Origin: a bacterium
GTDB lineage: Bacteria > UBA8248
Length of the DNA: 64,000 nt
NCBI GenBank assembly: GCA_965219955.1
Contig: OZ244799.1
Location: 64,001 to 128,000 of the forward strand
Direction: 5' to 3'
The notes beneath the pieces are model-generated. The model had not been told where the DNA came from, ran no database searches, and saw only the letters and a list, made by a program, of their open reading frames with translations. Shown here in pieces: positions 40,944-49,673 of the stretch (within the stretch, counting starts at the first letter, position 1; the number at the start of each line of letters is the position of its first letter). The position numbers and the translations under genes are program-made.

Positions 40944-41984
40944 TCAACCGCGAGACTCGCGCCGCTCGGCCGCGCTCAGCACCGGTCGGGTGACGAACTC
41001 GCCGTTCCGCCGCCTGCTCCACGCGGGAACCCAGGAGGAATGCCCGCCGGCCTCGCCTCCCGCGACGACGATGTAGATGTCATCGGGCTTGAGCGCGTGG
41101 CGCACGTTGCCGTTTTCATCGGCGTCGATGGGCTTGTCGAGCTTGCCGGTGCGCAGGAGTTGGTCCAATGGAAGCGTCGCGTTTTCAAACAGATACGCTT
41201 TCAGTTCTTCTTTCGTGGGAAATTCTTCGGCCAGCAGATGCGCGTGCTCGGGCGCGAAGACGAAGCAGGATTGCCCCTCGCTCATGCTGCCCAGGCCTGT
41301 CATGGTGGCGGCGGCGGTTTCGGCGATTCCGCGCCCCTTGCCGTAATGGTTCTGGATGTTGTGCGGACCCTCGGCGGCGAGAAGCGTCACCGTGCTCGTC
41401 TTGGCCGGATAGCCGAGTTCGACGTTAAGGGGCTCCCAGGGGCTCGTTTCCTCCCATTCGGCGAAGGTGAAGCTGTATTTGCCCGGATTCCCCTGGGTGG
41501 AGCGGTCCAGAAGGCCCGGCTTCGAACCCAGGCAGTTGATGATGATGAGCCTGAGGGCGCGGCCTATCGTCGCTCCCGCGCGGTTGCCCGGCCCGTAGAT
41601 GTTCCCCTGCATGTTGAGGCCTATCTCATGGCGAACCGGGCCGTTCACGACCATAAAGGGCGCCGCTCCGCCCGTGCTCGTGGCGCTGGAGTGAATGTTG
41701 TAGGCCGGATCGGCCATGGCTTCGAGCGCGGCGAGTATGACGGGCATATAGGAGGGCAGACACCCCGCCATGATGGCGTTCAAGGCCACTTTCCCGGCCC
41801 GGACGGTTCTTTTTCGCTCCGCCAGATGAAAGGCGGCGTCATCGGCGTCGAGTCCCGAAGTCTCCAGGAAGCGCTCTACGAGTTCAGGCGTCGGGGGAAC
41901 CACGGGCAGGCCGTCCGTCCAGCCTTTTTCGTGATACGTCTCCATCGCCTCATAAACGTCCGCCGCTTCACTCACTGCTTCCAT
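40944..41984 (-). CDS. Uncharacterised UGSC-associated protein
   Basis: 346 aa; GWTDGLPVVPPT, AIMAGC, NRAGATIGRALRL, QGNPGKY, AE.EE.SPW.PL; CAGGAG RBS; upstream of the selenoprotein. Confidence 0.8.
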   Translation of the reverse strand: MEAVSEAADVYEAMETYHEKGWTDGLPVVPPTPELVERFLETSGLDADDAAFHLAERKRTVRAGKVALNAIMAGCLPSYMPVILAALEAMADPAYNIHSSATSTGGAAPFMVVNGPVRHEIGLNMQGNIYGPGNRAGATIGRALRLIIINCLGSKPGLLDRSTQGNPGKYSFTFAEWEETSPWEPLNVELGYPAKTSTVTLLAAEGPHNIQNHYGKGRGIAETAAATMTGLGSMSEGQSCFVFAPEHAHLLAEEFPTKEELKAYLFENATLPLDQLLRTGKLDKPIDADENGNVRHALKPDDIYIVVAGGEAGGHSSWVPAWSRRRNGEFVTRPVLSAAERRESRG

Positions 41985-42183
41985 GGGTTCTCCTGTGTGC
42001 GGGATGATTATTTGCCATAAAACAACAGGATACCGCAGGGAGCCGGTTTTGAAAATGCGGGTTTGCGTCCCCGGCTCCCGGTTTCATTGATGCCTCGGGG
42101 CTGGTATATCATCCCTTCGGTATCCGGTGTCCAGCCGTCGCTTTCGGGTGCGGCGCATCCAAACGAAGAGGGGAATGTCCCGC

Positions 42184-42786
42184 ATGGATTTCGAGTTGAT
42201 TCGCGACGTAAACGCCCATTTCGAGCCGTTTTATCCCTATGCGGCGGCGGAGATTCACGCTGAATACGGGCGCGATACGGGCGACGCCCTGGAAATCGGC
42301 CCCTACGGCCCCGGCGTGGCGCTCGCCCTGGCCGCGCGCTGCCCCGGGATGCGCCTCACATGCGGAGACGATACCGAGCGCCTGAACGACTACCTCGCCG
42401 AGACGGTTGCGGAGGCGGGCATGTCCGCGCGGGTCCGCGTGGAACCTCTTGATAAATATAGCCTTCCGTTCGAGGCGGACTCTTTCGACCTCGTCGTCTT
42501 CCGGGGCGGGCTCTTCTTCTGGGAGGAGCAGGAGAGGATCGTCGCCGAGATGAACCGCGTCCTGAAACCGGGCGGGCTGGGCGCGCACGGCGGCGGGTTC
42601 GGGGCGGGGGCGTCGGATGCGCTCATCGAATCGCTGCTGCCCGAGGCGCGGGACTTGAACAACCGCCTCGGCAAGAAGCGCCTCTCGCGCGGCGATGTGC
42701 GCCAAATCGCTGAAAATGCAGGACTTGCCTCCTGGCGCATCGCGTCTGAACACGGCCTGTGGCTCTACTGGGAGAAGGCGGACTAG
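42184..42786 (+). CDS. Class I SAM-dependent methyltransferase
   Basis: LEIGPYGPG, LPFEADSFDLV, RVLKPGG; start may be 42175. Confidence 0.85.
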   Translation: MDFELIRDVNAHFEPFYPYAAAEIHAEYGRDTGDALEIGPYGPGVALALAARCPGMRLTCGDDTERLNDYLAETVAEAGMSARVRVEPLDKYSLPFEADSFDLVVFRGGLFFWEEQERIVAEMNRVLKPGGLGAHGGGFGAGASDALIESLLPEARDLNNRLGKKRLSRGDVRQIAENAGLASWRIASEHGLWLYWEKAD

Positions 42787-42809
42787 CGTTTCCCGCGCGT
42801 TTCACCCCC

Positions 42810-43063
42810 CGCAATTCCCCGCATTTGCCGTCATGGCGGGGCCGGCCGACCGTGGCAGTATTCCCCTGCGCCCGGATTCCGCGGCGTCATTTCTCAAGAC
42901 GATAATTCCCGGAAATACCCCGTCAATTTATCGAAATACCCCGTGAATTTATCTGATTTTATCGAATTTTACGGAAATTCCCTGTTCTCGAACGTGGCGG
43001 TGCGCCTCTCCATCATACGCCGGTGCGCAGAATATCCCGCGACGGCAAATGCGGGGAAATGCG
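42810..43063. repeat. 23-bp inverted repeat enclosing tandem 21-bp AT-rich repeats
   Basis: CGCAATTCCCCGCATTTGCCGTC (42810-42832) and its inverse at 43041-43063 match 22/23; GAAATACCCCGT(C/G)AATTTATC twice at 42912-42953. Confidence 0.8.
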
Positions 43064-43119
43064 TGCTCAAAAGCGATCGGGGAGCGAGTGTTTGCGCGCC
43101 CCGGAGAGGTCAATCACGA

Positions 43120-43440
43120 CCGAGAAGGGGTTGTTGGAGAAGTTCTCTCCACCTCATCCTGAGTAGCGGCCCCCCGACTTCGCACGGGACAGGCTCCGCC
43201 GATCCCCGACACCCTCACCCTGAGTAGCCGCCGAAGGTAAAACCCGACCGGTTAAGGGTTGCTGAATAATCCCCCATCGTTCGGAATTGACCACTGCCGT
43301 CATTCCGGCGAAAGCCGGAATCCATTTTCAAGCAGAATGACAATACGCCGGCTTTTCATCTCCCCGTCATTGGCGGGAACCAATCAAAAAACAAAAAACA
43401 AAGGCAAAACAAATGGATTCCGGCTTTCGCCGGAATGACG
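43120..43440. repeat. Repeat mosaic A, with a CGTC-type REP doublet
   Basis: GTCATTCCGGCGAAAGCCGGAATCCA at 43299-43324 and its inverse at 43414-43439; CCTCA(T/C)CCTGAGTAGC twice; degenerate MITE ends. Confidence 0.85.
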
Positions 43441-43524
43441 AACAAAACCGCACCGCCTTGTAGGAAAAGGTTGCGTCTTTCCGAAACGATGCGGGAGGAA
43501 TGGCGAGGCCACGTGAGGCTTCTC

Positions 43525-44082
43525 TCACCCGTTCAGCAGACTCGTCTTCGTGAACACGGCGTCGAGTTCGTAGCCGCGCTCGGCCAGGTTCTCGTGTCCG
43601 CCTTCTTCGCGGTCCACGAGGCAGATGACGTGCGCGACTTCGAGGCCGAAGGCCAGGGCCGCGTCGATGGCCGTGAAGGTCGAAGCCGCGGTGGTCACCA
43701 CGTCCTCGATGATGGCGGCCTTCATGCCGGGCGCGAGGTTCCCCGCCCCCTCGATGCGGTTCTGCATCCCGTGGCCCTTCTCGCCCTTGCGGATGATGAA
43801 GGCGGGAACGTCGCGTCCTTCGAGCGCCGCCGTCATCGAGACGGCCGTCACCATCGGGTCCGCCCCCAGGGTGGGGCCGCCCACGGCGTCGACGCCGTCC
43901 CTGATGCGCTCGAAGATCACCCGGCCCACGAGCCGCGCCCCCTCGCCGTGCAGCGTCACCTGGCGGCAGTCGACGTAGAAATCGCTCACCCGGCCCGAGG
44001 CGAGCGTCACCTGTTTTTTCTCATACGATTTTTCGAGCAGAAGCCGCCGCAGGGCTTCCAGGTCCGTTTCCGCATTCGTCAT
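43525..44082 (-). CDS. pyrE: Orotate phosphoribosyltransferase
   Basis: TLASGRVSDFYVDCR, GGPTLGADP, RK..K.HG, IEDVVTT. Confidence 0.93.
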   Translation of the reverse strand: MTNAETDLEALRRLLLEKSYEKKQVTLASGRVSDFYVDCRQVTLHGEGARLVGRVIFERIRDGVDAVGGPTLGADPMVTAVSMTAALEGRDVPAFIIRKGEKGHGMQNRIEGAGNLAPGMKAAIIEDVVTTAASTFTAIDAALAFGLEVAHVICLVDREEGGHENLAERGYELDAVFTKTSLLNG

Positions 44083-44092
44083 GGCGTCGTCT

Positions 44093-44413
44093 CTATGGTT
44101 CGGTGGATGATTCGGGCGTTTGTTCGTTGGTTCTGAGCTCGTGGTAGATATGGAGCGCCGCCTCCGCGAAGGCTTCGGGCACCATCAGGTGCACCGCGCC
44201 CAGGTTCGTGCGGCTGAAGGCGTAGACCGAACCCGCCGAGTCGTAGCTCAGGTGCACGGGGATTCGTTCGGCCTCGAGCCTGCTTTTCAGGATCAGGGCC
44301 TCCATCTGCCCGCCGACGGTGGCGATGCGTCTTAAATCGGATGACCCCTTCACGCCTTCGGGCGTCTTGTCGCCCCACACGCTCTCGCTCCTTCCCAAGG
44401 ATTCGGAAACCAC
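44093..44413 (-). CDS. DUF2007-like small protein
   Basis: EALILKSRLEAERIP..V.LMVPE pattern; start uncertain. Confidence 0.65.
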   Translation of the reverse strand: MVSESLGRSESVWGDKTPEGVKGSSDLRRIATVGGQMEALILKSRLEAERIPVHLSYDSAGSVYAFSRTNLGAVHLMVPEAFAEAALHIYHELRTNEQTPESSTEP

Positions 44414-44489
44414 CGCCTATGATCAAAGAAATCGGGCCGGGGCGCAAGGGCAGGGTGGGGTTTTGCTCGTCACTCCATCGTGGCTTTCC

Positions 44490-45959
44490 TTATCTTATCC
44501 CGCCGAAAGCGCCGAGAATTCTCTCCGCCCGGTCATTCAGAACCCCCGCCGCTTCCTCGTGGTTCGGGCCGTAAAAGCCACCGACCACCTTTCCGTCCGC
44601 GTCGGTGAAGCCGTTCGCCTCGACCGTCACGTCATACGCCAGGCTGTATCTCCGCCAGCCAGTCAGCCGCGCCCGCGCTTCCACGTCTACCGCCGTTTGA
44701 AGATTCGTGAACCGCACCGCGCCGCCCAGCGTATCGGCCGAGAGGACGATTTCCGCCTCGCCGAACACCGGAGCGAACCCGGCCATGTCGCTCGCCAGCA
44801 GCGATCCGCTCCAGGTCAGCGTGCCCGTGTGCGCGCCGGCGAAATCCGCGATGGAGGGGTTCCCGAAAACGTCTGCTTCCACCGCGATACGATCGGTGAT
44901 GCGGGTGGTGGCGAAGGTCATGTGCCGGGCCGACGTGACCACCCACGCGGAGTGCTTCGCCCACGCGCCGTAGCTGTAGAGCTCGGGCTCGGCAGGGTAC
45001 TCGTCCGCCACGGTGTACCCGATATCCTTCATGAAGGCGAAGTCCATTTCATGCGGAATCGCCCTCAGAGGACCGCAATAGGACATGATCATCGGGCAGG
45101 CCCCCAGATGGCCGAAATCCGGATCGCCGTCGCGGTTCTCCTGGAAGGGCACGTTCCGGCCCCCGTTGGCCGCCGTCAATGCCGGGCCGGTCCACACCCC
45201 CCGCTCGATGTCCACATAACGGGCAATCGTCTCCGGCACCGGGGTAAATTCGCGTCCCATATCATGCCCGATTGCGTGGCCGATCTCGTGAGCGGCGATA
45301 TCGGCGAACCACAATGGGCTTCTGGTGATGCTTTTTGCCGCCACCTCGAACCAGCCCGTCCTGATCGTAAAATCCTGCCCGACTATCTGTTCGTACCGAT
45401 AAGTCCCCCTGGAAGACCCCCAGGCATAATCCCACTTGGGATTCTCGTAATCCGTCTCGAAATCGAGAAGAATCCCGTCCACCAGGCGCGGGATGGGCCA
45501 TCCATTCTCGTCCCTCCCCTTGCGGGTCACCACTCCATCCGTTGACATGAAGGGGCCGAGCACGTCCTTGAGCCTGTGGGACCAGGATTTCCCCGCTCTC
45601 TCGATGCCTCCCCTTACGAAATCCGGCAACGAATCAATATACCCCTCGGAATCCCCGGTGAAGTCGATGTCGATCGTGTCCGTCGGGCCCGAGGTCCGCT
45701 GCGCGTACGTGATCCCGTTTTTGGACCCCAGGACGGAATACCCCGACGCGTCCAGGCCCTCGAAGCGGGGGAGGCTGCCGCCTCCTTCGAGACCGAAATA
45801 AGTCGTGATTGGTTCGGTGGATTTCCACGTATCCCGGATGTCCACCCCCGCCGTGTTCACGACCGCGGCAGGGCCGTAAGTCGCACCTCTCCCGCCACCA
45901 CCGCCCCCGCAGCCATAGAGCGTGAGAACGAACGACACAAAAGCGGCCAGAACCCTCAT
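44490..45959 (-). CDS. Lipoprotein: zinc metalloprotease domain plus TbpB-like C-terminal beta-barrel
   Basis: MRVLAAFVSFVLTLYG-CGGGGGG lipoprotein signal; HEIGHAIG...GHL..IMSY; C-terminal GGFYGPNHEEAAG..GAFGG. Confidence 0.72.
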   Translation of the reverse strand: MRVLAAFVSFVLTLYGCGGGGGGRGATYGPAAVVNTAGVDIRDTWKSTEPITTYFGLEGGGSLPRFEGLDASGYSVLGSKNGITYAQRTSGPTDTIDIDFTGDSEGYIDSLPDFVRGGIERAGKSWSHRLKDVLGPFMSTDGVVTRKGRDENGWPIPRLVDGILLDFETDYENPKWDYAWGSSRGTYRYEQIVGQDFTIRTGWFEVAAKSITRSPLWFADIAAHEIGHAIGHDMGREFTPVPETIARYVDIERGVWTGPALTAANGGRNVPFQENRDGDPDFGHLGACPMIMSYCGPLRAIPHEMDFAFMKDIGYTVADEYPAEPELYSYGAWAKHSAWVVTSARHMTFATTRITDRIAVEADVFGNPSIADFAGAHTGTLTWSGSLLASDMAGFAPVFGEAEIVLSADTLGGAVRFTNLQTAVDVEARARLTGWRRYSLAYDVTVEANGFTDADGKVVGGFYGPNHEEAAGVLNDRAERILGAFGGIR

Positions 45960-46111
45960 AATCTCTCCCCCTGTTTTTATCCTGCGCCCTGAAAATCCGG
46001 CGCAATTCCCGAAAGGCGGCGACCCGCCCGGGAAACCGCGGCCAGGGAGCGCGGACTTCCGGGAGGGAGGCGTCATCCGGAACGATCTCGATCAGCGGCG
46101 GTTGCAACGAA

Positions 46112-46149
46112 CCATACAAGGTTATTGACCGATAAGTCAATAAGTATGG
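46112..46149. promoter_or_regulatory. Palindromic operator-like site between divergent genes
   Basis: TTATTGAC-CGATAA-GTCAATAA perfect 8-bp arms (46122-46143) with outer CCATAC/GTATGG; AT-rich within GC-rich surroundings. Confidence 0.55.
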
Positions 46150-46337
46150 ATGGAGGGCTGGAATTCTTCTCGCCCGCCCGGCGGCCCGCGCAGCCGCGCC
46201 CCTTCCCGAAGCGAAGCCGGAACGCCCGAAAAATCCCCGCAAGCGCGCATTTGCCCGCATTTCCCCGCATTTGCGGTGCAGGGCCGCCGCCGTTTATCTC
46301 ACCATTTGCTGAACCCGATACGGAAAGGAGAAAGCGC

Positions 46338-47015
46338 ATGACGACGCAGACAGAAACGGAAGCAGGGGAAGAAACCAACGAAGAGTCAACGGAAGAAACG
46401 GCGGAGCAGCAGAGCGAAACGCAGGAGGAAAGCGAAATCGACCTGGAGGCGATTTTCAACGGCATCCTCGCCATGCACCGGACCCTGGACCTCATGGCCA
46501 CCACCCTCTCGGCCGTTTCCGTGAAAGGACCGGCCGGACCTCCGGGCCCGCCGGGCGAAAAGGGCGACCCCGGCGCGCAGGGACCCAAAGGCGACAAGGG
46601 CGACCGGGGTGAAACGGGCGCGACCGGGTCGCAGGGGCCGCAAGGATTACAGGGGCCTCAAGGTCCCCAGGGCGAGCAGGGACCACAAGGGCCGCGGGGT
46701 CCGCAAGGCATTCCGGGCGAACCGGGTCCGCAGGGTCTTCCCGGCGAGCAGGGTCCGCAAGGACCGCAGGGTGAGCAAGGCCTCAAGGGCGATCCCGGCC
46801 AGGATGGCGCGCCCGGTGAACAGGGGCCTCAAGGCGAACGCGGTCCGCGCGGATACACGGGCGCGACCGGCGCGCGAGGTCCGCGAGGATTGCAAGGGCC
46901 TCAAGGCGATCAGGGCGATCAGGGGCCGCCGGGAAGAGATGGCAAAGATGGCGTCTGCACGTGTCCCGGCGGCGGCAGCGACGACGACGGCATCGATGAT
47001 GACGACGGAATCTAG
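46338..47015 (+). CDS. Collagen-like protein
   Basis: AAAGGAG RBS; acidic N-terminus, short helix, about 48 uninterrupted Gly-X-Y triplets, CTC, Asp-rich tail. Confidence 0.88.
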   Translation: MTTQTETEAGEETNEESTEETAEQQSETQEESEIDLEAIFNGILAMHRTLDLMATTLSAVSVKGPAGPPGPPGEKGDPGAQGPKGDKGDRGETGATGSQGPQGLQGPQGPQGEQGPQGPRGPQGIPGEPGPQGLPGEQGPQGPQGEQGLKGDPGQDGAPGEQGPQGERGPRGYTGATGARGPRGLQGPQGDQGDQGPPGRDGKDGVCTCPGGGSDDDGIDDDDGI

Positions 47016-47018
47016 CGG

Positions 47019-47591
47019 ATGCCGGGGGAATTTCCGTTTCGAATGAACGCGCGCCGGGGGGACGCCGGCGAATGGCGGCGCCTGCTGAGCGACGCCCTGG
47101 TTCGCGGGACGCCTGAAGAGCCGGTTGTCAGCCGGAAGGGGGGGCGGCGCTCCATGCTCCTGGACATGCGCCTTCCGCTGACGAGCGGCGTCCGGGCAGG
47201 CTGGATCGGTGAACAGCTTGCCTGGGCGCTGCGCGGCGGCTTCTTCGATGCCCGGGCCGTCGCGAGCAGCGGCGTTCCGGGAACGCTGGCCGTCGGCGCC
47301 GTACTCGCGCAGCTTCCCGACATGGAAGCCTGCATCATCCGTGATAAACGGAAAACATACGGCAGGCGCCGTCTCGTGGAGGGCGCCCGGCCCGGGAGCG
47401 CCGTCTATATCGACGATATCATGGCGGGTGGCTACACAGCGCTTCGGGCCATCAGGGTGCTGGAGGCGGAAGGCGTCCGCGTCGAGGGCGTGCTGACGAT
47501 CGTCCGCTTCGGCTGGAGCCGGGGGGCAGCGCGCCTGTCCTCCGCCGGCGTCAAAGCGGCCCACCTGGTGCATCTGGAGAAAACAGGGTAG
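47019..47591 (+). CDS. Divergent type I phosphoribosyltransferase (PyrE-like paralog)
   Basis: IIRDKRKTYG..RLVEG and AVYIDDIMAGGYT PRPP-loop; start may be 47043. Confidence 0.7.
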   Translation: MPGEFPFRMNARRGDAGEWRRLLSDALVRGTPEEPVVSRKGGRRSMLLDMRLPLTSGVRAGWIGEQLAWALRGGFFDARAVASSGVPGTLAVGAVLAQLPDMEACIIRDKRKTYGRRRLVEGARPGSAVYIDDIMAGGYTALRAIRVLEAEGVRVEGVLTIVRFGWSRGAARLSSAGVKAAHLVHLEKTG

Positions 47592-47659
47592 CGGTCTCAT
47601 TTTGAATCCGGGCCGCCTCCGGCGACGTCCGGGTTTTTCTCGTCATTCCGGCTTACACG

Positions 47660-48958
47660 TCACAGCCACGCGAACTTCACGGCGAACAGGAGCGCGACCC
47701 CGAGCAGCGTCGGCGAGCAGTCGCGCCCGCGCCCCGCCATCAATTTGATCAGCACGTAGGTGATGACGCCCAGGCCGATGCCGTCGGCGATGGAGAACGT
47801 CAGCGGGATGGCGATGACGGTCATGATCGCCGCGGCCGACTCGGTGATGTCGCCCCAGTCCAGGTCCATGAGCGGTCGCGCCATCAGGCACGCCACGTAG
47901 AGGATGGCCGCCGCCGTCGCGTAGGGCGGAATCGAGCCTGCGAGCGGCGCGAAGAACAGGCAGGCGAGGAACAACGCGGCCACGACGACCGCGCTCAGGC
48001 CCGTGCGCCCGCCCGCGCCGGTCCCGGCGGCGCTCTCGATGTAGCTCGTGACGGGCGAGGTGCCGAGCAGGGCGCCGCCGACCGTTCCCGCCGAGTCGGC
48101 GATCAGCGCGCGCTGCATGCGCGGAAGCCGTCCCTCGTCGTCCAGGAGGTTCGCCTGGTGCGCCACGCCGATGAGCGTGCCCGTCGTGTCGAACAGGTCG
48201 ACGAGCAGGAACGTGAGAATGACGGCGAGCATGCTCACCTGCAGCGCGCCGGCGATGTCCAGGGCGAAGAGCGTCGGCGTCGGGTCGGGCGGCAGCGAGG
48301 CGATGCCCCCCCATTTGGAGACGCCGAAGATCAGGCCGGCGGCGGCGACGCCCAGCATCCCGATGAGGGCGGCGCCCGGCACCTTGCGCGCGTCGAGCGC
48401 CACGATCAGGCAGAAGCCGACCAGGCACAGCAGCGGCCCGGGCGTCGTCAGGTGGCCTACGGTGACCAGCGTCGCCTTGCTGCCCTGGATGATGCCGGCG
48501 TTCTTGAGCGCGATGATGCCCAGGAACAGTCCGATCCCGGCCGCAATGCCCAGCTTGAGCCCCTTCGGTATCGCCTCGATGACCCAGCGCCGCACCGGCA
48601 GGATGCTGATCGCCAGGAACAACAACCCGGAAACGAAGACCGCGCCCAGCGCGACCTCCCACTTGTGGCCGAGGCCGAGCACGACGCCGTAGGCGAAGAA
48701 AGCGTTGAGGCCCATGCCAGGCGCCAGCGCGATCGGGTAGTTGGCGTAGAGTCCCATCAGCAGCGTGGCGAGCGCCGCCGAGAGGCAGGTGGCGACGAAC
48801 ACCGCGTCGAACGGCATGCCGGCGCTGGAGAGTATCTGCGGGTTCACGAAGGCGATGTAGGCCATCGTCAGGAACGTCGTCGCGCCCGCCGTAATTTCCG
48901 TCCGCAGGCTGGTGCCGCGCTGCGCCAGTCCGAAGAAGCGTTCAAGAGTCGCAGTCAT
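47660..48958 (-). CDS. NCS2 (AzgA/GhxP-type) purine permease
   Basis: AGATTFLTMAYI.VNP, APGMGLNAFF, DLFDTTGTL, YIESAAG..GGRTGL. Confidence 0.93.
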   Translation of the reverse strand: MTATLERFFGLAQRGTSLRTEITAGATTFLTMAYIAFVNPQILSSAGMPFDAVFVATCLSAALATLLMGLYANYPIALAPGMGLNAFFAYGVVLGLGHKWEVALGAVFVSGLLFLAISILPVRRWVIEAIPKGLKLGIAAGIGLFLGIIALKNAGIIQGSKATLVTVGHLTTPGPLLCLVGFCLIVALDARKVPGAALIGMLGVAAAGLIFGVSKWGGIASLPPDPTPTLFALDIAGALQVSMLAVILTFLLVDLFDTTGTLIGVAHQANLLDDEGRLPRMQRALIADSAGTVGGALLGTSPVTSYIESAAGTGAGGRTGLSAVVVAALFLACLFFAPLAGSIPPYATAAAILYVACLMARPLMDLDWGDITESAAAIMTVIAIPLTFSIADGIGLGVITYVLIKLMAGRGRDCSPTLLGVALLFAVKFAWL

Positions 48959-49060
48959 GGGTTCCTCTCACGGGATTTGGGGGCGGGCGGTACCGGGCGG
49001 GTTCTGGTGGATGATTCAAGATTGCGGCTTAGTCTATTACAGCGGCGATGATTTTTCGAG

Positions 49061-49580
49061 GGGGGGACAGGTCGCGACCTGTCCCTACGCAATGCCTCAT
49101 AAATCGAAACGAACCCGTAGGGGTCTGTTGAAAAAGCCCTGATGAACGAGGATTTGACGCGACCGTGGAGGGGTGGTTTGTAGGGGCCGCATACATGCGG
49201 CCCTTGTAGTGGGCAAAAAAATCAGGGTCGCATATATGCGACCCCTACAACATGGATATCGATCCCTTGGTCTTGGTTTCGTAGGGACAGGCCTCCGTGC
49301 CTGTCCTGATGGCAACCATCCTGCAAAGGACAACCACGGAGGGTTGTCCCTACCATACGAATACATTCACCCCGCAGGGACAGGTCGCGACCTGTCCCTA
49401 CGCGCTGTGTGTTCTCCCGGTTTTCGTTTCCGGCAAACGGGCGGACACATCGGTCCGCCCCTGCAAACATCTCCGCATCGAAACAAACCCGTAGGGGCGG
49501 GCCCCTGTGCCCGCCCGTTTGCAGGAGCCCGTCAGACAACCCTTTTCGTCAGGACAGGCACGGGGGCCTGTCCCCGCTGC
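49061..49580. repeat. Repeat mosaic B: about nine GTAG-type REP-like hairpins plus a MITE end
   Basis: GGGACAGGTCGCGACCTGTCCC twice, GTAGGGGCCGCATACATGCGGCCC, GTAGGGACAGGCCTCCGTGCCTGTCC, GTAGGGGCGGGCCCCTGTGCCCGCCC; GGGGTCTGTTGAAAAAGCCC at 49120. Confidence 0.85.
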
Positions 49581-49673
49581 GAACTATCCCGAAGGTCGGG
49601 AACCCATCTCCCCCCGTCTGGTTTCCCCTTCCATGAAATGGTAGTTTGTGCCGATTGAACGGGAGGAGACCCC

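Noticed and set aside
44490-47591. Prophage remnant suggested by the collagen repeats
   Set aside because: No integrase, structural, lysis or other phage genes and no att pair seen.
48959-49060. Purine riboswitch upstream of the NCS2 permease
   Set aside because: No recognisable purine aptamer core on the minus strand.
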